A stretch of DNA of 64,000 bases from the NCBI GenBank assembly GCA_963664405.1, contig OY761158.1:3200001-3264000 (forward strand), read 5' to 3'. The position numbers and the translations under genes are program-made. The notes beneath the pieces were generated by a model. It saw only the letters and a program-made list of their open reading frames with translations, had not been told where the DNA came from and did not search any database. Shown here one piece after another: positions 31,253 to 39,132 of the stretch. How positions within the stretch are numbered: the stretch's first letter is position 1; each line of letters starts with the position of its first letter. The stretch comes from Thermoanaerobaculia bacterium (GTDB lineage: Bacteria > Acidobacteriota > Thermoanaerobaculia > Multivoradales > Multivoraceae).

Positions 31253-32246
31253 TCTGCGCAGCCCGCGCTCGCTCGAAGACGCTTCGGCGATTCTCGCCGG
31301 CGAGCTGAGTGAGGACGGCGGCGGCGTTCGGGTGGTGGCTGGCGGGACCGACCTCTGGCCGAATATGAAGCGAAGGCACCAGAGCGCAAAGACGGTGGTG
31401 AGCCTGATGCGAGTTGCGGATCTCGAGGGTATTGCCAACGGTGGAGGAGACCTTCGCATCGGGGCGACGAGCCTTCTGGAAGATATCGCCAGGAATGAGC
31501 GAGTGCGATGCTCCTATCCGGCACTGGCCTCGGCGGTCGCGAGTATCTCCTCACCCCTGCTTCGCAACATGGGGACCCTGGGCGGCAACCTCTGCCTCGA
31601 CACTCGTTGCACCTACTACAACCAGAGCGAGGAGTGGCGGCGCTCCATCGACTACTGCATGAAGGAGGCGGGGTCGGTGTGCTGGGTGGCGCCGAGCTCG
31701 GCGAAGTGCCTCGCCGTTTCCTCCGGCGACACCGCACCGATCCTGTGTGCTCTCGGTGCCCGTGCCCGCCTGGCATCGGCTGCCGGCGAGCGCACTGTTG
31801 CGGTGTCCGATCTCTTTCGCGACGACGGTATCGACTATCTTCGCAAACGGCCCGACGAGATTCTGGTCGAGGTCCTTCTCCCGGCCCGCTCCGACGCCGA
31901 GCACTGCATCTCGTCTTTTCGCAAGTTGCGACGCCGCGGCTCGATCGACTTCGCCGTTCTGACCGTGGCGACGGCACTATGGGTCGACAGCGGCGGGGTT
32001 GTGACCGAGGCCGCGATCCGACTCGGCGCCGTTGCTTCGCTACCTCGCGCCGTCCCGGAAGCTGAGAGTGCTCTCGTGGGTCGCCCCCTCGGCGAAGAAA
32101 GCATCCGCGAAGCGGCCGCGCTCTGCCGTCGGGCAGCGACGCCCTTGGACAACACCGATTTCACTGCGCAGTGGCGCGGTCGCATGGTGGAGGTCTACGC
32201 CGCTGGGGCTCTGCGCGACTGCGCCGAATCCATACGCGCCGAGTAG
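31230..32246 (+). CDS. hcrB: FAD-binding subunit with [4Fe-4S] insertion (4-hydroxybenzoyl-CoA reductase beta-like)
   Basis: AGGTDL, GTLGGNLCLDTRC.YYNQS..WR....C.K..G..C.......C Cys-rich insert characteristic of HcrB. Confidence 0.7.
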   Translation: MLRLPPFDLRSPRSLEDASAILAGELSEDGGGVRVVAGGTDLWPNMKRRHQSAKTVVSLMRVADLEGIANGGGDLRIGATSLLEDIARNERVRCSYPALASAVASISSPLLRNMGTLGGNLCLDTRCTYYNQSEEWRRSIDYCMKEAGSVCWVAPSSAKCLAVSSGDTAPILCALGARARLASAAGERTVAVSDLFRDDGIDYLRKRPDEILVEVLLPARSDAEHCISSFRKLRRRGSIDFAVLTVATALWVDSGGVVTEAAIRLGAVASLPRAVPEAESALVGRPLGEESIREAAALCRRAATPLDNTDFTAQWRGRMVEVYAAGALRDCAESIRAE

Positions 32247-32407
32247 AAAGAGGATCGCGACTCGGCCCCACGGCGATATAGTCAGGGGTAGGCCCTGTGG
32301 ACGCGGGAGGCTCGCGAACCAGAGCATGGCAACGGGGATGACGTACGGTGCAGGACACGTTAGGGTGACCTTCGCGGCGATGCCGGCGAATTAGAGGAGA
32401 GTCCCTG

Positions 32408-32599
32408 ATGAGTGTTTCTTCCGGCGGTTTTCTCGAAGGCATCAACAGCCCTTTCGAGCTGGACGACCATGCCAAGGTGCGACCGCGCCCGGCTCCTTGC
32501 CATGGTGAGCACTCCGCCGAAGTCCTGACCGAGCTGGGTCTCGATGCCGGGCGCATCGACGAGTTGGTCGAGCGCGGGGTGGTGAAAGCGGGCACCTAG
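32408..32599 (+). pseudogene. C-terminal remnant of a CaiB/BaiF CoA-transferase
   Basis: INSPFEL...RPAP.HGEHSAEVL.ELG....I..L...GVV is the family C-terminus; only 63 codons. Confidence 0.7.
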
Positions 32600-32761
32600 T
32601 GCCGTGTCTCCGACATGGCTTACCAATATCTCGGCCCCTTTTGCCCGCTGCCGTCGTCACGACTCGTCGACATATTCCCAATATGCCTGCCTCGTCGCTC
32701 CTTGACAGCGAATAAAATGACCTCGAGCTCTTGGCAAGCCACGTCGGAGACACAACACTAG
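32596..32761 (-). repeat. CTAG-bounded palindromic element, copy 2 (166 bp)
   Basis: Arms ctagtgccgtgtctccgacatggcttacca / tggcaagccacgtcggagacacaacactag. Confidence 0.85.
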
Positions 32762-33973
32762 ATGACGCCGCTTCTACAGGGTTTGCGCATCGTCGAGGGC
32801 TCGGCTTTCGTAGCCGCTCCGCTGGGCGGCATGACTCTCGGTCAGTTGGGCGCCGACGTGATCCGCTTCGACCCCATTGGTGGGGGCCTCGATGTCGGCC
32901 GGTGGCCCATCACAGGGGACGGGAAGAGCCTTTACTGGGCGGGGTTGAACAAAGGTAAACGCTCGATCTGCGTCGATATTCGCCGGCCGGAGGGACGGCA
33001 GCTGGTCTACGATCTTGTCGGTCAACCCGATGAGGGAGGGGGCCTCTTCGTTACCAACTTCCCTACCCGGGGGTGGTTGGACTTCGCTACCGTGAAGGCG
33101 GCCACCCGCGAGGATCTGGTGATGGTGAACGTCATGGGGTCGACCGACGGGCGCTCCGCACTGGACTACACCATCAATTGCGCCGTGGGTTATCCCCTCG
33201 CCACCGGTGAGGCGACCCGCGAGGACCCGGTCAATCACATGTTCCCGGCCTGGGACGCGATGACCGGAGTGTCGACCGCACTGGCGCTGCTGGCGGCTGA
33301 GCGCCATCGACTGCGGACTGGCGAAGGGCAGTTGGTGCGACTCTCGCTCGCCGACATCGCTCTGTGGATGGTAGGCAACCTCGGCCACATCGCCGAGGTC
33401 GAGATCAACGGCGCCGATCGTCCGGCCCTGGGCAACGATGTCTTTGGCGCCTTCGGCCGAGACTTCCGTTGCGCCGATGGCGAGCGCATCTACATCGTGG
33501 CTATCACTCGACAGCAGTGGAAGGCGCTGGTTGCCGCAACGGGGATCTCGGAGGCGGTGCAGGGGATCGAGTGTGAGCGAGACATCGACCTCCAAGACGA
33601 GGGCGAGCGCTTTCGTCATCGCGACGAGATCGCCACTCTGGTCGAGCCATGGGTCGCCGCACACTCTCTGGCCGAGCTCGCGCCTATCTTCGACGAGGAG
33701 CGTGTGTGCTGGGGGCGCTACCAGTCGTTCCGTCAGCTGGTAGAAGAAGACCCTCGCTGCTCCGAGGAGAACCCCCTGTTCCAGCGTGTGTCTCAGCCAG
33801 GGATCGGCAGCTACCTGATGCCGGGGTTGCCGATGGATTTCAGTGCCCTGCCGCGAGGCGATGTTCGCCCCGCTCCCCGTCTCGGGCAGCACACCGATGA
33901 GGTCCTGATCGAGATCCTGGGAATGGGCGACTCCCAAGTCGCCCGCCTCCACGATCAAGGCCTAGTGGCCTAG
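32762..33973 (+). CDS. mct: Family III CoA-transferase, mesaconyl-CoA C1-C4 isomerase-like
   Basis: GLRIVEGSAFVAAPLGGMTL.QLGADVIRFDPIGGGLD..RWP, WAGLNKGKRS, DYTIN, PVNH..PAWD. Confidence 0.75.
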   Translation: MTPLLQGLRIVEGSAFVAAPLGGMTLGQLGADVIRFDPIGGGLDVGRWPITGDGKSLYWAGLNKGKRSICVDIRRPEGRQLVYDLVGQPDEGGGLFVTNFPTRGWLDFATVKAATREDLVMVNVMGSTDGRSALDYTINCAVGYPLATGEATREDPVNHMFPAWDAMTGVSTALALLAAERHRLRTGEGQLVRLSLADIALWMVGNLGHIAEVEINGADRPALGNDVFGAFGRDFRCADGERIYIVAITRQQWKALVAATGISEAVQGIECERDIDLQDEGERFRHRDEIATLVEPWVAAHSLAELAPIFDEERVCWGRYQSFRQLVEEDPRCSEENPLFQRVSQPGIGSYLMPGLPMDFSALPRGDVRPAPRLGQHTDEVLIEILGMGDSQVARLHDQGLVA

Positions 33974-34136
33974 TGTCCTGTATCAGTAGTTCGTCACACA
34001 ACTCGCTGGCCCTTTTGCGCGCTGCCGTCGTTGCTCCTCCTCGCAATATTGTCCAATATGTCTTCGTCGTAGCGCCTTGGCAGCACCCCAAATGACTGCG
34101 CGATTTATGCAACGAACCACTGATACAGGACACTAG
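33970..34136 (-). repeat. CTAG-bounded palindromic element, copy 3 (167 bp)
   Basis: Arms ctagtgtcctgtatcagtagttcgt / acgaaccactgatacaggacactag. Confidence 0.85.
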
Positions 34137-34179
34137 ACAATCCCTCGCCTTTGAGATGCGCGGTGCCCTGGACGGCCGG

Positions 34180-35265
34180 CTAAAAAACGATGACGCCGCG
34201 GGCGTTGGCTCCGCTCTCGAGATCGGCGAAAGCCTGCGCCGCTTCGTCGATCGAGTAGGTCTTGGTGACCAGGCCCGCTAGGTCGAGCTTGCCGCGGGCG
34301 TCGAGCTCGAGCATCTTCGGAAAGTCGACCGGTGCGTTGACGTTTCCATACATCGATCCTTTGATCGTCTTGCCGCTGAGAGCCAGGAGAAGAGCGCTGA
34401 AACCGACCTCGTCCTTGAACTTGCCGACGCCAACCACGGTGAGTGTGCCGCCTCTGCGCGTTGCCTTGTAGGCCTGCTGAATGACGGCGGGGATGCCGAT
34501 CACCTCGAAGGCGTAGTCGACGCCGATCCCGTTGGTGATCCCCTTGATCACGGCCATCGGATCACCGCTGGCGGCGTTGACCGTATCGGTGGCTCCGAAG
34601 CTCGCCGCCATCTCGAGCTTGTTGTCGGCCATGTCCACGGCGATGATGCGGTCCGCCCCCGCCAGCCTTGCACCCTGGACGACGCAGAGGCCGACGCCGC
34701 CGCAGCCGAAGATGGCGACTGTCGATCCGGGAGCGATCTTCGCGGTCTTGATCGCGGCCCCGACACCAGTCGTCACGCCGCAGCCCACCAGGGCGGCCTT
34801 CTCGAATGAGATGTCTTTGTCGATCGGCACCACACTGATTGCGGGGCAGACGATCTCCTCCGCCATGTTCCCGAGAGAGGTCATTGCGGAGAGGTCCTTG
34901 CCGTCGAGGTGGAGACGGCTGGTGCCGTCGAGCTGAACTCCACCGGGGGGCAGCGCGGTGCAAAGGTGGGACTCATCACGGCGACAGTGGAAGCACTGAC
35001 CGCAGTTGGGGACGAAGCTCATGATCACGTGATCGCCGACGGCGACGTTCGTCACCCCTTCGCCGACTTCGAGGACCACTCCAGCTCCCTCGTGGCCTAG
35101 GACGCAGGGCAGCGGCATCGGGATGGTTCCGTTGATGACTGAGAGATCGGAGTGACACACCCCGCACGCCGCCATCTTGACGTGGACCTCGCCCGCTTTC
35201 GGTGGGTCGAGAGTGACGTCTTCTACGGCCATCTTGTCGAGCTCGTGAACGACGACTGCTTTCAT
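34180..35265 (-). CDS. Zn-dependent alcohol dehydrogenase
   Basis: GVCHSD, GHEGAG, CGQCFHC..C structural Zn site, GCGGVG. Confidence 0.92.
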   Translation of the reverse strand: MKAVVVHELDKMAVEDVTLDPPKAGEVHVKMAACGVCHSDLSVINGTIPMPLPCVLGHEGAGVVLEVGEGVTNVAVGDHVIMSFVPNCGQCFHCRRDESHLCTALPPGGVQLDGTSRLHLDGKDLSAMTSLGNMAEEIVCPAISVVPIDKDISFEKAALVGCGVTTGVGAAIKTAKIAPGSTVAIFGCGGVGLCVVQGARLAGADRIIAVDMADNKLEMAASFGATDTVNAASGDPMAVIKGITNGIGVDYAFEVIGIPAVIQQAYKATRRGGTLTVVGVGKFKDEVGFSALLLALSGKTIKGSMYGNVNAPVDFPKMLELDARGKLDLAGLVTKTYSIDEAAQAFADLESGANARGVIVF

Positions 35266-35372
35266 TCGCGGCAACTCCTTTTTTCGTCTATTCGGCGGGT
35301 CAGACGTGGACTGCAGATGGTAGCGTACAAACATCGTTCAGAACCGAGCCGAAGTGAGGAGTAGCTCGCAAG

Positions 35373-36818
35373 ATGGCAGAGCCAGAAGCTCGCATCCATC
35401 CATTCACGATGACTGTCGATGGCTACGAAGAGACCAGTTCGGCGACTTTCGGAGTCATTAATCCAGCGACTGGGAAGGTCTTTGCCGAAGCACCGGAGTG
35501 CAGTCGGTCGCTGCTGGACGGAGCCATGGAATCGGCGGCGATTGCCTATCGTGACTGGCGCCGCGACGAGGGTGCGCGACGAGATGCTTTGCTGGCTTGC
35601 GCGGCGCTCTTCAGATCTCGCGTGCAGGAGATCGCACCGATCCTCACTCGCGAGCAGGGTAAGCCCCTGGCTCGAGCCAACGAGGAGGTACTTGCCGCGG
35701 CCGCGTGCTTCGAGTACACCGCCAGCCTGGAGATCCCCACTGAGCTTCTTCACGAGACGTCTGAAGGGCGTGTCGAGGTGCGAAGACGCCCCCTTGGCGT
35801 CGTAGCCGCGATCACTCCTTGGAACTACCCGCTGATCCTTGCAGTACGGAAGGTCGCGCCGGCCCTGCTCGCAGGCAACACGGTCGTTCTCAAGCCTTCT
35901 CCGTTCACTCCTCTCTCGACCCTCAAAGCGGGGGAGATCCTGCGGGCGGTTCTACCGCCCGGCGTTCTCAACGTCATCTGCGGTGGCGACGAGCTCGGGG
36001 CCTGGATGACGAGTCATCCGCTGCCGAGGAAGATCTCTTTCACCGGATCGGTCGCGACCGGCAAGAAGGTCGCGTTGTCTGCCGCGCCGGATCTCAAACG
36101 ACTCACCCTCGAGCTCGGCGGTAACGACGCCGCCATCGTTTTGCCCGACCTCGATCCGGACCGGGTCGCCCGAGACCTGTTCTGGGGTGCTTTTGCCAAT
36201 TCGGGGCAGACCTGCAGCGCGATAAAGAGGCTCTACGTCCACGAAGACCAGTCTCCGGCGATGCTCGAAGCACTGGCCAGGCAGGCTCGCGCGGTGAAGA
36301 TGGGCGACGGGTTCGAGGATGGAGTGGAGCTCGGCCCGGTCAACAATCGACCTCAGTTCGAGAGAGTGATCGAGCTGGTGGAGGATGCGAGAGATGCAGG
36401 TGCAACGGTGCACGCCGGCGGATTTCCCCGCGACGGTGGCGGCTACTTCTTCTCCCCGACGATTGTCTCCGGCGTTCAGGAGGGGGTGCGCCTGGTCGAC
36501 GAGGAGCAGTTCGGACCGGCGCTTCCGGTAATTCCCTATGCGGAGCTCGACGACGCGATCGAGCGCGCCAACGCCACCAAGTACGGTCTCTCTGGGTCGG
36601 TTTGGTCGAGCGACACCGCTCTCGCCGCCGCTGTCGCGAGTCGATTGGAATGTGGCACGGTATGGGTCAATCAGCACCTCACGGATCTTCCTTCGACGCC
36701 CTTCGGCGGTGCCAAGTGGTCGGGTATCGGGGCGGCGAATGGCAGCTGGGGCCTTCTCGGCTACACTCAGATCCAGACGGTCAATATCAGGGGAGTCGCC
36801 GGGGGCTCGCCGGCCTGA
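35373..36818 (+). CDS. Aldehyde dehydrogenase
   Basis: PWNYP, KPS, FTGS, LELGGND, SGQTC, EQFGP. Confidence 0.93.
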   Translation: MAEPEARIHPFTMTVDGYEETSSATFGVINPATGKVFAEAPECSRSLLDGAMESAAIAYRDWRRDEGARRDALLACAALFRSRVQEIAPILTREQGKPLARANEEVLAAAACFEYTASLEIPTELLHETSEGRVEVRRRPLGVVAAITPWNYPLILAVRKVAPALLAGNTVVLKPSPFTPLSTLKAGEILRAVLPPGVLNVICGGDELGAWMTSHPLPRKISFTGSVATGKKVALSAAPDLKRLTLELGGNDAAIVLPDLDPDRVARDLFWGAFANSGQTCSAIKRLYVHEDQSPAMLEALARQARAVKMGDGFEDGVELGPVNNRPQFERVIELVEDARDAGATVHAGGFPRDGGGYFFSPTIVSGVQEGVRLVDEEQFGPALPVIPYAELDDAIERANATKYGLSGSVWSSDTALAAAVASRLECGTVWVNQHLTDLPSTPFGGAKWSGIGAANGSWGLLGYTQIQTVNIRGVAGGSPA

Positions 36819-36940
36819 ATCTCTTGGCCTCGGACCTTCCTTAGCCTCTGTTTCGGCGATCGAGCCGAGGCAGGAGCCCTTCGTCGACCTGGTATCGTGA
36901 TTCCAGTGGAGACCGCAGGGACCGCTTTGGAGATGGGCTT

Positions 36941-39118
36941 GTGACGTTGCCCCTCGAGGAGATTCAGGGGAAGTACGAGATCCTCCAGAAGATCAAAGAG
37001 GGGGGCATGGGGGCGATTTACAAGGTCCGCCACCTCCTTCTCGATGAAGTCCGCATCATCAAAGTCATCCGGCCGCAGTATGCCGACGATGCGGCCCTGC
37101 AAAGTCGCTTCCGCCGCGAGGCGCGCGCGGCGATCCGATTGAGACACCCCAACATCGCTCAGCTTTACGACTTTTCGGTCGACGAGGCCGGCGAGGCGTA
37201 CATGGTGATGGAGTTCATCGACGGAGTGACTCTTCGCGAGATGCTCACCGCCAGTGGCCCCCCGTCACTTCCCTTGTCTCTCGAGATCGCGCGCCAGGGC
37301 TTGCGGGCGCTGCGTTATCTGCATCAGCAGTCCTACGTCCACCGCGACATCGCGCCCGACAATCTGATGCTGACCCGAGACTTCGAAGGTAAGCCGCTGG
37401 TCAAGCTCATCGACCTGGGGATCATCAAGCACTTGGAGGGCGAGCAGGTCGAGCTCACGGGTACCGGGATGTTTCTAGGTAAGGTGCGCTACTCCTCGCC
37501 GGAACAATTCTCCGGTAAGAAGACCGAGGTCACGGCGTGCAGTGATCTGTACTCGTTCGGCGTCATGCTCTACGAGATGGTGACCGGCGTGTTCCCTTTC
37601 GAGGGAGAGAGCATGTCGGACCTCATCGCAGCGCACCTCTTCGATCCGCCAAGGGATTTCTCCGAGACCGATCCCGAAGGGCGAATCCCTGCCGAGGTGC
37701 GCCAATCGCTCATGCAGTCCCTCGAGAAGGATCCCGCCAAGAGAGTCGGGTCGGCAGAGAAGTTTCTGGAGCTTCTTGCCGATCAGGGTTCGAGTGATTC
37801 TCTCAATCAGGATCTCGATCTGACACTCGACACGACGATCAATCTTCTGGCGGTCGATCGCGTCCGCGAGGTGGGATCGACACAAGGGCGACTCGACAAC
37901 CAGTTCGGTCTTCACGCGACTCCGCCACCGCCACCGGCGACGCCCGCCGTCGCCGGTCCGGCTCTCTTGCCCGAGGCGGAGACTCTCACCAACTCGATCG
38001 GGGCCCGGTCCACCGGCGGCTCGCGGGGGCCGCTTCTATGGGGGAGTGTGATCGTCGCGGCAGTGGCGCTCGGTCTGCTGGTCTGGCAGCTCGTGGACCG
38101 ACCGAGCCCGCCGAAGGAGGCTGTTGTCGTCACCCGAACCGCTGCGGATGTGTTCGACGAAGCCGCCGGTGTGGTGAGCGAGCCTTCGATCGACGAGGTA
38201 GCGGCACAGGCAGTTGAACGAGCCGTGGTAGAGGAGCGCGGCTCTGGTGCCGATCGGCCGGGACCTCCGGGGCCCCGCGGCGGGAGGCCGCCGCCGAGAG
38301 AGCATCGCTTGCCCTCGCCGCCATTGGAAGGCGGCGGCGGAGAACCGGCTCCGCGCGAGGGCGGTAGGCCGGTGCCGGCGGCTCGTCTTCCTGCGCGCTT
38401 TCGTGTTTCCTCATCGCTGGTACGGCCACCGCCTCCGCCTCGAGACCGGCTTGCGGTTCCAGACGACCGCGTCGCAGATGTCCGTCAGGTTGGCAGTGAG
38501 GCCAGGCTTGTTCAGCCCGTGGCCGAGGAGGTCGAGGCGCAAGAGAGCCAGCCACTGCAGCCGCAAGACCAACCTGAAGTGTCGCCGACACCGAGAGTTT
38601 ACGGCCCGGTTGCGGAGCTGACCGGTGATGGATCGAAGATCGTCGGCAAGAACGTCGGGCGACTCAAGGGGCGGTGGCTTGCAGTGGCGGACGTGGCAGT
38701 GCTCGCGACCTATGACAGCGTCTACGTCGGCGAAATCCACTTCGATCTTACGCGGAGGGCCGCCGGCCAGACCGGCGCACCCATCGACGAGGAGACGCTG
38801 AAGGGCGAGCTCCGTGAACTGCTGCTACTGAGACTCGAGGAAGCGTCCCTCTTTCAGGAGGTCATGGAAGGCAGGCCGGGCGATGACGACGTGGCCTATC
38901 TGCGCCTCAACCTCAGCTTAGAGCAGGGAAGCGGCGCTGCGAAGCCGACCTACATCCTCGAGATCCACCTTCTGGACCACGAGTCCGAAGAAGAGATCGG
39001 CCGCTACCACGCCTATGGTACCGGGCGCGTCGCTCGAGGGGCGGGGCGCAGAACAACACAGGACGAGGTTCAGGAGAGCGCCGAAGAGTTCGTGGAGCTT
39101 CTTGCAAAGACGCGTTGA
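36941..39118 (+). CDS. Membrane-anchored Hanks-type Ser/Thr protein kinase
   Basis: EGGMGAIY, IIK, HPNI, HRDIAPDN, DLG, YSSPEQ, DLYSFG; TM helix, Pro-rich linker, extracytoplasmic C-domain. Confidence 0.92.
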   Translation: MTLPLEEIQGKYEILQKIKEGGMGAIYKVRHLLLDEVRIIKVIRPQYADDAALQSRFRREARAAIRLRHPNIAQLYDFSVDEAGEAYMVMEFIDGVTLREMLTASGPPSLPLSLEIARQGLRALRYLHQQSYVHRDIAPDNLMLTRDFEGKPLVKLIDLGIIKHLEGEQVELTGTGMFLGKVRYSSPEQFSGKKTEVTACSDLYSFGVMLYEMVTGVFPFEGESMSDLIAAHLFDPPRDFSETDPEGRIPAEVRQSLMQSLEKDPAKRVGSAEKFLELLADQGSSDSLNQDLDLTLDTTINLLAVDRVREVGSTQGRLDNQFGLHATPPPPPATPAVAGPALLPEAETLTNSIGARSTGGSRGPLLWGSVIVAAVALGLLVWQLVDRPSPPKEAVVVTRTAADVFDEAAGVVSEPSIDEVAAQAVERAVVEERGSGADRPGPPGPRGGRPPPREHRLPSPPLEGGGGEPAPREGGRPVPAARLPARFRVSSSLVRPPPPPRDRLAVPDDRVADVRQVGSEARLVQPVAEEVEAQESQPLQPQDQPEVSPTPRVYGPVAELTGDGSKIVGKNVGRLKGRWLAVADVAVLATYDSVYVGEIHFDLTRRAAGQTGAPIDEETLKGELRELLLLRLEEASLFQEVMEGRPGDDDVAYLRLNLSLEQGSGAAKPTYILEIHLLDHESEEEIGRYHAYGTGRVARGAGRRTTQDEVQESAEEFVELLAKTR

Positions 39119-39132
39119 CGGGAGCGCTCCTA

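Noticed and set aside
32596-34136. Integron attC sites or gene cassette
   Set aside because: Ends are CTAG rather than RYYYAAC/GTTRRRY and no integrase is present
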